Source: a virus
Lineage: Duplodnaviria > Caudoviricetes
Length of the DNA stretch: 52,365 nt
IMG/VR virus record: IMGVR_UViG_3300007960_000033
Location: 1-52,365 of that record
Direction: 5' to 3' (one strand)
Shown: piece by piece, positions 26,101 to 33,808 of the stretch
Layout: every line of letters starts with the position of its first letter
How positions within the stretch are numbered: the first letter of the stretch is position 1
Position numbers and translations under genes: made by a program
Notes under the pieces: generated by a model
Told to the model about the DNA's origin: nothing
The model's database searches: none
Seen by the model: the letters and a program-made list of their open reading frames with translations, nothing else

Positions 26101-27863
26101 AGATTGGAGTACCAGCATTTACTTTCGAAAATGTTCCATTGCTATCATTAACAGGAACTGGCAAAAATGCAACTGCAAATATTACTATTGATGGTGGAGT
26201 AGCTATAGCAGCAACAATCGTTAATGGTGGATCTGGGTATACTATTGGTGAAGAGTTATATGTAGATCAGTTAGGAATATCTTCTGTTGGTAGAAACCTT
26301 TTAATGTCGGTTTCTTCAATATATGCAGCAAATGAGTTATTGTTAACTAATATACAAGGAGAATTTGAGTCTTCTCCTTTAAAACCATTATATTTTACTT
26401 GTACAGATCCTGTTGTAGGATTTGGAACTACAACTCTTAATGCTATTGCAAATGGTGGAGATGGAAATCTAGTTAATATAACGTCAATTGAAAATGTACA
26501 TGATGGATTGCATATGGAGATTTCACATAAAAATCATGGAATGCATTCAAAATCTAATAGAGTTATGATATCTGGCGTTTCACCAGATAGTGCTCCAGCT
26601 ATTTTAGTTGAACCATTAACATCTACTTCAACACAAGATATAGAACTCAATACTGACGATATGTCTTTATTCGAGACTTTTGAAAATGTAGATGTATCTG
26701 CTACAAATCCTGGTTATGTTTCTGTAGGAAATGAAATTATTTCTTATACTGGTATTTCTGGAAACTTCCTAACTGGTATTGCTAGAGATGTTGATCAATC
26801 TAATATTGCTGTACCAAGAAGAACATCTGCAAATCAAAAGGTATTTAAATATGAGTATAATGGAATATCATTAAGGAGAATAAATAAAGAACATTTCTTA
26901 CAAGATTCTACTGTAAGTAATCCTATCACTCTTGATACATACACTATTAAAATTGATACTTCATCTAATGGAACTGATAGAAGTACAAGTGTTCCAGATC
27001 CAAAGCTTTACTTTAATAGCACTAAATCTGGAGGAGGTAAATCAATATATGCTTCTAAAAATATAAATTATGAAATGATTCACCCAATCATAAGTGCATT
27101 GGTATTACCAGATGCTACTTTAGAAGCAACAGTTAGAACAACAACAGGCACTAGTATTTCTGGAAATGAAGAATCATTTAGGGATGCAGGAACAGTTCCA
27201 ATCACATTAAATGAAGATAACTATTTTGATTCACCAAGGATCATTGCATCTAGAATCAATGAACTAGCTTTTTCTGATCAAATCCCAGGAAATAAATCTC
27301 TTGAGATAACACTAAATCTTTCAACAGACCAACCAGTTATTAGTCCTATTATTGATCTTGATCGTTTAGGTGCAATATTTGTATCTAATAGAGTTAATTC
27401 TCCTATAACTGATTATATTAATGATCCAAGAACTGGATCTGTATCTGATGACCCAACAGCATTTATATATCATACTAAACCTATTGAACTAGAGTTTCCT
27501 GCAACTTCATTAAGAGTTCTTGTAGAATCTTATGTAAATCAATACACAGATGTTAGAGCATTTTTTGCAATAATGAAAAATGCTTCCGAGAATCCAATCT
27601 ATTATCCTTTCCCAGGATATAGAAATAGATTAGCTTCTGGAGAAGTCATTGATATTTCTAGAAATGATGGAACTCCTGATAAACAATATAATAGGACTAG
27701 TGCTTTAAACTATTATCCTGGAGATAGTGATTTTATTGATTTGGAGTTTAATATTGACAACCTTGAACCATTTAACTTCTTCTCAATAAAACTTTTAGGA
27801 ACATCTACGAATCAGGCGTTCCCTCCAAGATTTAGAGATTTAAGAGTAATCGGGTTAGCATAA
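20142..27863 (+). CDS. Large virion structural protein (VrlC / DUF4815-like), 2573 aa
   Basis: PYFDDF...YKVLFKPG.PIQAREL; APGADRLKI; RRTYDESGDY; DPLAQSF; C-terminal DLRVIGLA. Confidence 0.85.
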   Translation: MPSKTNLNVFPYFDDFDEDKNYYKVLFKPGYPIQARELSNVQSILQNQIEQFGNHVFKEGSVVIPGNISFTRIVGVEVENTFNAINVDEYINDSKLYGFVIVGKETGLRAKVVKVLRKKDYNDLNNTIVYFQYLNTGSNNETDFLPGETLISESEILPILKRGTTSTTRINVSTQSSTDIYGDTTTQETFVSANRSNNISGQYQYSNISVIDDITIRSGQEFLLVKNPVIGAAAIISEGVYFLRGNFVNVNEELLVVDRFNFLTSCRIGLRIKEEIISSDNDPTLFDNSRGFSNYSAPGADRLKISASLASLPIDDDQSDDFVELTRVEEGNIIFLNRNPEYNEIGNELARRTYDESGDYYIKPFSVSVEESLNDLEGSRGLYKETELTRQQNTPSESMGVYKISPGKAYVKGYEIERLSSTLLDFEKPRTTKILKDQSIQYSTGSSYTLNRVYGTPEIGISTYTVSLRDSRLGASDLESSGKEIGISRVYDFALESGSYNIINLDLNEWDINLYDTDFYTEITLNEPITVSSPSKIEGRYTGSYGYLRFNATNSGIITAYSSFGKYSIGEKISFSDGQTRIVKSIRKYGSDDVKSIFGQSGISTFNADVKQNRKVFVGGAVIQAESSGVSTVTSTNIDFGSICEDGDIISYTLGENVVPNFAKISLVNTNSIVIQPVTSVADICIGNLPGITTSVQNLQILTTVLTSPDSNLYTKIPKQSIESVDLTNSRISIRKEYDVTISSNGFNIAASTLNSNEVFQPYDEERYSLVLTNGSIVPLERGNFAFSNGGRELTLSNLNVISGNARFITSLYKTNVKSRKKVNKLESVVINKSALQESGINNVSIGATTLNDGLTYGNYAYGTRVQDQEISLNYPDVVKIYGIFESRNSEDPILPKISLTNIITREESPSTTNAVRVGEKLYGEESEAVFICVSIVNSSTIEVIPVNSKVPISGETLRFKSTGAKGTVVNYVATQSENITNRYRLNSGETNQVYSYSFIKRVENSAPPVRKIKVVYERLYIPEDDLGDIICVNSYSNISRNQIGQLTNNIDKADIIDIRPIVDKFDVIQGTRSPFEFLGRRFSSDGNSSSNIFVSDEDILLDYAFYLGRTDRIFLDINEQIIIKQGTPSESFDPPEAPANAIEIASINLKPYSKNLKETTDIRLLKYKRYRMSDISNLEKRIKNLEYYTTLNILEQSTSSLSVKDENGLERFKSGFFVDDFSNRNNQYIVPGKITNSIDPVKRELRPSAYTTELDLTIATTNNYGVTKSPTISPVKGISRSEYDNVKYATAESIIGNNVQITGGGGARFENTGKGLLTLAYNEQIRIRQSYSTRVVNVTPYLVTNYYGQVDLNPSSDIWSEETILEPLIITGIEGRLIEEDVSFTAEEFASQDGFDPVAWGSWQNNWTGSSEAIIGTSSRSSSWSGQSGNTVWGGTTTTFGNIVQTTLTGTANQEGTSTRVTNPIEDKNLGNRVVSAESAAYLRSRNIEFIVKKMKPSTLLYVFFDDQDVTALCTPKLLEIEMIDGVFEVGEDVIFYNEDGREIALFRCAAPNHQFGDLSNPNAQSFYDRNPYDQSDLPLSYTESSSILNLDTTSSGDYSSGYYGNPPIGSRIEGASSGAVATISNKRIFTDQAGVVIGSLFVPSPNDETNQRFQTGAISFKISNDRTIDVILGVETTEATGQFYSSGFITQTQETTIQVRNTLIESATISRERAIRSTSNRFVPTNSVTSTWSFTVSPPRPPNRHDPLAQSFFIPNAAGVFVTHMDLFFQAKSEDLPVYVELRSMELGLPTTEVYPLSRVELLPSQVQVSDDATVATRVTFQGPVYLEGNKEHCIVLLSDVTDYYVWISRLGETTFNIQGEEIAITTQNELGSLFKSQNGSTWTPSQYEDLKFTLYNARFVDQGSVTLVNTDLSETNNLYQDAIKTYSNTSRVSLGTTVTDTILKIGNTIYQEGNNASGTYSGNAGIATGNLSFTNAGIGYTPFEIGVPAFTFENVPLLSLTGTGKNATANITIDGGVAIAATIVNGGSGYTIGEELYVDQLGISSVGRNLLMSVSSIYAANELLLTNIQGEFESSPLKPLYFTCTDPVVGFGTTTLNAIANGGDGNLVNITSIENVHDGLHMEISHKNHGMHSKSNRVMISGVSPDSAPAILVEPLTSTSTQDIELNTDDMSLFETFENVDVSATNPGYVSVGNEIISYTGISGNFLTGIARDVDQSNIAVPRRTSANQKVFKYEYNGISLRRINKEHFLQDSTVSNPITLDTYTIKIDTSSNGTDRSTSVPDPKLYFNSTKSGGGKSIYASKNINYEMIHPIISALVLPDATLEATVRTTTGTSISGNEESFRDAGTVPITLNEDNYFDSPRIIASRINELAFSDQIPGNKSLEITLNLSTDQPVISPIIDLDRLGAIFVSNRVNSPITDYINDPRTGSVSDDPTAFIYHTKPIELEFPATSLRVLVESYVNQYTDVRAFFAIMKNASENPIYYPFPGYRNRLASGEVIDISRNDGTPDKQYNRTSALNYYPGDSDFIDLEFNIDNLEPFNFFSIKLLGTSTNQAFPPRFRDLRVIGLA

Positions 27864-28090
27864 TGAATAAAGTAAAAGTAAAAAATGAACCTCATCTTTA
27901 TAGAGATGAGGTTAGCAATGCAATAATAAACACTAATAAACAAGAATATGAATCATATTTAAATAATAAAAAAAGAAGAAAAGTTGAAAATGGTAGGATT
28001 GATAACATAGAAAAAGAGTTAGATGATATAAAATCAAATATAAATGAAATAAAAAATCTACTATTGGAGATTAGTAAAAATGGATCATAA
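27863..28090 (+). CDS. Small coiled-coil hypothetical protein
   Basis: KV...LYRD..SNAIIN motif followed by a heptad-rich C-terminus; coupled to the upstream gene (TAATG). Confidence 0.85.
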   Translation: MNKVKVKNEPHLYRDEVSNAIINTNKQEYESYLNNKKRRKVENGRIDNIEKELDDIKSNINEIKNLLLEISKNGS

Positions 28091-28244
28091 AAAAATATCA
28101 CTAGAATCTCTAACAAAAAACTTCGAGTTTGAGAAAATGTGTAGAGATATAGATAATATAAGTGATATTAATTTTTTGAAAGATTTAACTAAATCATATA
28201 TTAAGTTATATTTAAAACAACAAGAAGTTCTTTCTAACCTATAA
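28080..28244 (+). CDS. Small helical protein, 54 aa, possibly NblA-like (not in supplied track)
   Basis: GGAG Shine-Dalgarno upstream; MDHKKISLESLTKNFEFEKMCRDIDNISDINFLKDLTKSYIKLYLKQQEVLSNL; TAA overlaps the gp13 ATG. Confidence 0.8.
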   Translation: MDHKKISLESLTKNFEFEKMCRDIDNISDINFLKDLTKSYIKLYLKQQEVLSNL

Positions 28245-29086
28245 TGGCACAACCATCAACAAGACAAGAATTAATAGATTATTGCTTAAGAAAGCTTGGA
28301 GCACCAGTTTTAGAAATAAATGTTGCAGAAGAACAAATCGAAGATCTTGTTGATGATGCATTGCAGTTCTTTCAAGAGAGACATTTTGATGGAGTTTATC
28401 CAACATTTTTAAAATATAAAGTCACTCAAAATGATATTGATAGAGGAAAAGCAAAATCTTCATCTGGTTTAGGTGTAGATGTTAGTAATATAACTACTTC
28501 AGTAGCAGGAACAGCTACAACATTTACATACTATGAAAATGGTAACTATATTAAAGTTCCAGAGTATGTTACAGGTATTAATAGAATTTTTAGATTTGAA
28601 GGATCTAATTCTGTATCTAGTGGAATGTTTAGTGTAAAATATCAGTTATTTTTAAATGATATTTATTACTGGGGATCTACTGAGTTATTGACTTATGCGA
28701 TGACCAAAACATATCTTGAAGATATTGATTTCTTATTAACAACACAAAAGCAAATTAGATATAATAAAAGACAAGATAGGTTATATCTAGATATTGATTG
28801 GAATACAGTTACGCCTGGGCAATATTTTGTAATAGATTGTTACAGACTTTTAGATCCAAATGATTATTCGAAAGTATGGAATGATAGTTTTGTCAAAAAA
28901 TATTTAACTTCTTTAATAAAAAGGCAATGGGGTCAAAATTTAATAAAGTTTACTGGTGTTAAGTTGCCAGGTGGAGTAGAGTTTAATGGTAGGCAATTAT
29001 ATGATGATGCTCAGGTAGAAATAGATACTTTAATGCAACAAATGTCATATGATTATGAACTGCCACCATTAGATATGATAGGTTAA
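28244..29086 (+). CDS. gp13: Neck protein (head-tail adaptor)
   Basis: LIDYCLRKLGAPVLEINV; QWGQNLIKF.GVKLPGGV. Confidence 0.95.
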   Translation: MAQPSTRQELIDYCLRKLGAPVLEINVAEEQIEDLVDDALQFFQERHFDGVYPTFLKYKVTQNDIDRGKAKSSSGLGVDVSNITTSVAGTATTFTYYENGNYIKVPEYVTGINRIFRFEGSNSVSSGMFSVKYQLFLNDIYYWGSTELLTYAMTKTYLEDIDFLLTTQKQIRYNKRQDRLYLDIDWNTVTPGQYFVIDCYRLLDPNDYSKVWNDSFVKKYLTSLIKRQWGQNLIKFTGVKLPGGVEFNGRQLYDDAQVEIDTLMQQMSYDYELPPLDMIG

Positions 29087-29090
29087 TATT

Positions 29091-30536
29091 ATGTTAAATC
29101 CATTCTTTTTACAGGGATCAAAGGGAGAACAGAATCTTGTTCAAGATTTAATAAATGAACAACTAAAAATGTATGGTGTTGATGTTTATTATCTTCCAAG
29201 AGAGTATGTTTCTGAAAAAAGTATAATAAAAGAAGTAGTAAGTTCTAAGTTTAGTAATGCATTTCCTATAGAAGCATATTTAGATACTTATGATGGTTAT
29301 GGTGGACAAGGTACTTTATTATCAAAGTTTGGTATAGAGGAAGTAGATGATATAACTCTTATAATCTCTAGAGATAGATATGAAACATATATTCAACCTT
29401 TAGTTGATAATTTAGATGGAATAAAACTAGGATCTAGACCTAAAGAAGGTGATCTAATATATTTTCCTCTTGGAGATAGAATATTTGAAATAAAATATGT
29501 GGAGCATGAAAAACCTTTCTATCAGTTAAATAAAAACTATGTTTATGAACTAAGATGTGAGTTGTTTAGATATCAGGATGAGATTATTGATACTAGTATT
29601 GAGATGATAGATGATAATACTGAAGATATTGGGTATATTCATACACTTCAAATGTTTGTTGGTGGTGGAGTAACTGCTACAGCGTATGTTAGTACTCCAA
29701 GAGATGATGGTATTATTTCTATCAATTTAGTTGATGGTGGAAAAGGATATACAAGTCCTCCTACTATTAAAATTGCTCTTCCTAGAGTTGTAGGTGGATT
29801 AGGTGGAAATGCTTTTGGATCCCAAGCAATAGGTGTTGTAAGTATGAGGGGACCAAGTAATTTTCAATCAGTAGATTCTATCAATATTATTAACTCTGGT
29901 TTTGGATATACTACAAGTTCTCCACCAAAAATTATTTTCTTAGATGAAAATACTGGATCAGGTGTTGATGCTACAGCAACAGTTGGGTTTGGTGGATTAG
30001 AAAGTGTTAGATTAATACAGGGAGGATCTGGATACATAAATCCACCAACAGTTACGATTTCTCCTCCAGATGATTATGTAGGAGTACAAACTGCAGTAGC
30101 AAAAGCTATCGCAGTGATTAATGAGGTGGGAGTAGTAACTGCAGTGTACTTAACAAATGCTGGTCTAGGTTATACTACGGTTCCTAGTGTTACAATTTCT
30201 GATCCAGATCTACTTATTCCTGGAAGTGGTACATTCAAATATAATGAAACTGTAACTGGTTCATTAAGTGGATCTACAGGAATAGTCAAATCTTGGAATA
30301 TTGTTACTGGAGTATTAGAACTTTCTAATGTTCTTGGTAAGTTTTATAATAATGAACAAGTTGTTGGATCTGCATCTAGCGCAACATTTACTATAAAAAC
30401 TGCTTATGAAGATAATTTAGAAGATGCAAATGATTCTAGTAATAAATATGGTAAGTATGAAGACAACTATAATATTCAAGTACAGGCAGATAAAATAGTT
30501 GATTTCACAGAAAAAAATCCATTTGGAAGAGTATAG
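29091..30536 (+). CDS. gp14: Neck protein (head closure) with internal repeat insertion
   Basis: YGVDVYYLPR; RPKEGDLIYFP; EHEKPFYQL; C-terminal DFTEKNPFG. Confidence 0.93.
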   Translation: MLNPFFLQGSKGEQNLVQDLINEQLKMYGVDVYYLPREYVSEKSIIKEVVSSKFSNAFPIEAYLDTYDGYGGQGTLLSKFGIEEVDDITLIISRDRYETYIQPLVDNLDGIKLGSRPKEGDLIYFPLGDRIFEIKYVEHEKPFYQLNKNYVYELRCELFRYQDEIIDTSIEMIDDNTEDIGYIHTLQMFVGGGVTATAYVSTPRDDGIISINLVDGGKGYTSPPTIKIALPRVVGGLGGNAFGSQAIGVVSMRGPSNFQSVDSINIINSGFGYTTSSPPKIIFLDENTGSGVDATATVGFGGLESVRLIQGGSGYINPPTVTISPPDDYVGVQTAVAKAIAVINEVGVVTAVYLTNAGLGYTTVPSVTISDPDLLIPGSGTFKYNETVTGSLSGSTGIVKSWNIVTGVLELSNVLGKFYNNEQVVGSASSATFTIKTAYEDNLEDANDSSNKYGKYEDNYNIQVQADKIVDFTEKNPFGRV

Positions 30537-30547
30537 GAGATTTATAA

Positions 30548-31552
30548 ATGTTCGAATATTTTTATCACCAAATTTTAAGAAATACTATTATTGGATTTGG
30601 TACATTATTTAATAATATAAAAATAAAAACAACAAATGCAAATGGTGAAGTAATATCGGAAATTAAAGTTCCTCTAGCATATGGACCAAAGCAAAAGTTT
30701 TTAGCAAGACTTGAGCAATCTCCAGAAGATTTAAACAATCCTGTAAGAATAACTCTTCCAAGAATGTCATTTGAGTTTGTTGGATTAAGCTATGATGGTT
30801 CTAGAAAAGTAACTACTACTCAATCATTTTTAGTATCAGATAAAACTGATAAATCATCTATTAAAAAAATGTATATGCCAGTTCCATATAATATGGAATT
30901 TGAACTTAATATTATGACAAAACATAATGATGATATGCTTCAAATTGTAGAGCAAATATTACCATATTTTCAACCTTCTTATACATTAACTATAGATTTA
31001 GTTGATTCTATTGGAGAAAAAAGAGATGTTCCTTTTACTTTAAATAATATTACTATGGAGGATGATTATGAGGGTGATTTTACAACTAGAAGATCTTTAA
31101 TATATTCTTTAAAGTTTAGTGCAAAAACTTATTTGTTTGGACCAGTTCCATCAAAACCTGCTGGAGATATTATCAAAAAGGTCGAAATTGGGTATTTTGG
31201 AGGAGATCAAGCTGCTGCTACAAGGCAGATTACAACTATCACTACACCAGTCGCAACCAAAAGTTATACAAATACAATATCTACAGTATTGCTAAGTAAT
31301 ATGGAAATATCTACATCTACATTAAATGTAGATGATAGTTCTGGTTTATCAAAAAATAACTATATAACTATTGACGGTGAAACTATGAAAGTTGTTAAAA
31401 TATCTGGAAATAGTATTGAAGTTGAAAGAGGATCTTATGGCACTAAGATAACTCAGCATGTTTCTGGTACAGATATTAAACTTATTACAAATCAAGATAA
31501 TGACCTTGTTGAACTTGGTGATACATTTGGTTTTGATATGAGCTCATTTTAA
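30548..31552 (+). CDS. gp15: Tail sheath stabilizer / terminator
   Basis: YFYHQILR...FGTLFN; VPLAYGPKQKF; LPRMSFE; QIVEQILPYFQP. Confidence 0.95.
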   Translation: MFEYFYHQILRNTIIGFGTLFNNIKIKTTNANGEVISEIKVPLAYGPKQKFLARLEQSPEDLNNPVRITLPRMSFEFVGLSYDGSRKVTTTQSFLVSDKTDKSSIKKMYMPVPYNMEFELNIMTKHNDDMLQIVEQILPYFQPSYTLTIDLVDSIGEKRDVPFTLNNITMEDDYEGDFTTRRSLIYSLKFSAKTYLFGPVPSKPAGDIIKKVEIGYFGGDQAAATRQITTITTPVATKSYTNTISTVLLSNMEISTSTLNVDDSSGLSKNNYITIDGETMKVVKISGNSIEVERGSYGTKITQHVSGTDIKLITNQDNDLVELGDTFGFDMSSF

Positions 31553-31560
31553 ATAAAGTT

Positions 31561-31995
31561 ATGAAGAAAGCATTCGATGGTTTAGACGATGCATTTAATA
31601 TTTCAGAGGATTCTGAAGATGAATGTACTATAAAAAAAGATGTTGAAGTGGTTAGTGATGATAAAATTTCTAAGGAAATAGATCATATTAAAAAAGATTA
31701 TGAATATTCTAGAGGAAATTTATATTCCATTATAGAAAAAGGTCAAGAAGCTATTGATAGTGTTCTTGAGTTAGCTCAAGAAACAGAATCTGCAAGAGCA
31801 TATGAAGTGCTTGGTCAACTCATAAAAAATGTATCAGATACTACAGATAAACTTATAGATCTTCAGAAAAAAATGAAAGATATTGATGAGGATAGAACAA
31901 AAAAATCTCCAACAAACGTTACAAATGCACTTTTTGTTGGATCAACAGCAGATTTAGCAAAACTATTGAAACAACAAAAAATAAAAGAAGAATAA
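31561..31995 (+). CDS. gp16: Terminase small subunit
   Basis: DYEYSRGNLY; RAYEV; NALFVGSTADL; TTAAATA late box at 31549-31555. Confidence 0.93.
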   Translation: MKKAFDGLDDAFNISEDSEDECTIKKDVEVVSDDKISKEIDHIKKDYEYSRGNLYSIIEKGQEAIDSVLELAQETESARAYEVLGQLIKNVSDTTDKLIDLQKKMKDIDEDRTKKSPTNVTNALFVGSTADLAKLLKQQKIKEE

Positions 31996-32022
31996 ATATT
32001 AAAAGGAAGAATATTTAAAACC

Positions 32023-32739
32023 ATGAGTTTAAATCACCCAATCAATAAACCAGAGCATTCTTCTGCAAAAAGACAGAACAAAATTCGTAAGATGATAAAA
32101 TCACCTAATGAAAATGAATCCAATGTTGCTAAAGCGAAATTACGTCCTTCTGCAAGAGTAGATATTCCAAGTTTTATAAAAAATGAAGTCTCTTTAGTAG
32201 ATAAAATCGTAGAAGAAATCCTTCAAGAGAAAAAAAATGAAGGACTCTGGCCAAATGTTTGGGCTAAAAGAAAGCGTGGAAAAGCGCCAGCAAAGCGTGG
32301 GGATAAGAACTATCCCAAGACTTTAAATGTTGAAGAAAAAGAAAATAAAGTAACAATCGAAGATGCTAATGGAAATACTTTTTTAGAGGTTGTTGATTTA
32401 ATCACACCAGATCCATTAGTTTCCGAAGCGATTAGAATTCCAGCAAAAACTGGAAATATTGTATTGGTTAACTTAACTTGGAAAGGTTCTTATCATGGAA
32501 TAAAGATGTTTTTCCCACAAACAAAACTTCCAAGTAGAAAGGATATTCAAGTTGAAATAGAAAAAGTATATCCAGGAGCACGAGTATACAGTTTTCATGT
32601 ATCTGATTACGAGCCAGGAAAACCAATAGTCCAAGTCTCTGAAGAATCAGAAAAAAAATATTGCCCTAAATGTAAAAAAATGGAAGCAAGATCAGAATGT
32701 GCATATGGAACAAAATACTGGGACAATAACGCAAAATAA
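32023..32739 (+). CDS. Hypothetical modular protein, possible internal head protein
   Basis: ATAAATA late box at 31992-31998; segments separated by xxE sites; contains a WKG...PS...YPGA domain. Confidence 0.75.
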   Translation: MSLNHPINKPEHSSAKRQNKIRKMIKSPNENESNVAKAKLRPSARVDIPSFIKNEVSLVDKIVEEILQEKKNEGLWPNVWAKRKRGKAPAKRGDKNYPKTLNVEEKENKVTIEDANGNTFLEVVDLITPDPLVSEAIRIPAKTGNIVLVNLTWKGSYHGIKMFFPQTKLPSRKDIQVEIEKVYPGARVYSFHVSDYEPGKPIVQVSEESEKKYCPKCKKMEARSECAYGTKYWDNNAK

Positions 32740-32753
32740 TAACACTAAGGAAG

Positions 32754-33071
32754 ATGAAATCATTTAAACAGTTTATTTCAGAATCTGTAAATATTTCTGG
32801 AGATTTTACTGGTAATATTTACATTAACTCAGATCAAAAAAACGAGGATATATCTGAGAAATATCTTGCAGATGTAATGTGGCAGGGAAGTTTGCATAGA
32901 TTTTCTATGTTGACAAAAACTGGGATTCCATCAAAACCTGAATTGTGTGAAATGTTGCAAAAAGATTATCCTGGAGCAGTTGTTCATAACATATATCCAG
33001 TTGAAGATAACAATCCAAATATAGAAAAAGTACAAAGATACCATCCAGCAAAACTTCAATGGATTGATTAG
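32754..33071 (+). CDS. Hypothetical protein with a capsid-targeting-like N-terminus
   Basis: Starts MKSFKQFISE; contains a WQG...PS...YPGA domain. Confidence 0.8.
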   Translation: MKSFKQFISESVNISGDFTGNIYINSDQKNEDISEKYLADVMWQGSLHRFSMLTKTGIPSKPELCEMLQKDYPGAVVHNIYPVEDNNPNIEKVQRYHPAKLQWID

Positions 33072-33073
33072 TT

Positions 33074-33808
33074 ATGTCTTTTGATAGCTTTATTTGGGAT
33101 GAACAATTTGATTTAAATGTTGCTCGCGGAAAAGTTCGTGGAGCATCAACCATTCACAAGTTCGGAGCAACTCCATCACAATCAACAAATACTACCGCAA
33201 CAGTTTGGGATAAGGGAGATACTCTTTATCCTTGGAGTGCTTTTAATACTCCTGGGGTTCTTGTAGCAGAACAAGTTGGTGCAGATGATAATAGTAAAGT
33301 TGTAACTATTGTTGGTCTAGATTCAAATTGGGATATTATTGAAGAAGATTTCACATTATCAAGTACAGGAACTGTTACTGGAACTAAAATTTTTAAAAGA
33401 GTTTTTCGTGGATACGTAAAAACTGGATCCACAAATGTAGGAGAATTAAATTTTTCTAGAGAAGGAACACAAGTTCTTAGGATTAACGCAGGACTTGGAC
33501 AAACTCTAATGTCAATATATACGATACCAAACGGATATACTGGATACTTATATCAGGGTGTATGTAGTGCTCAGGCAGGTGCAGATGCTACTGGATTTAT
33601 GATGATTAGGTATAATACGATTGGACAAGCATTTAGGGTTGGACATACCTTTGAAGTTAGTGGATCTGGTGGAGAATATTTTTATAAGTTTGCATTTCCA
33701 CAAAAAATAACAGAACATTCTGATATAGATGTAAGATTAACGACAAGAAGTAATAATGGTAGATATACCGCTTCTTTTGATTTACTGTTGATTAAAAACG
33801 AATTATGA
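33074..33808 (+). CDS. Hypothetical phage protein, 244 aa
   Basis: Clean ORF, ATGA-coupled to gp17; sequence appears beta-rich. Confidence 0.85.
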   Translation: MSFDSFIWDEQFDLNVARGKVRGASTIHKFGATPSQSTNTTATVWDKGDTLYPWSAFNTPGVLVAEQVGADDNSKVVTIVGLDSNWDIIEEDFTLSSTGTVTGTKIFKRVFRGYVKTGSTNVGELNFSREGTQVLRINAGLGQTLMSIYTIPNGYTGYLYQGVCSAQAGADATGFMMIRYNTIGQAFRVGHTFEVSGSGGEYFYKFAFPQKITEHSDIDVRLTTRSNNGRYTASFDLLLIKNEL

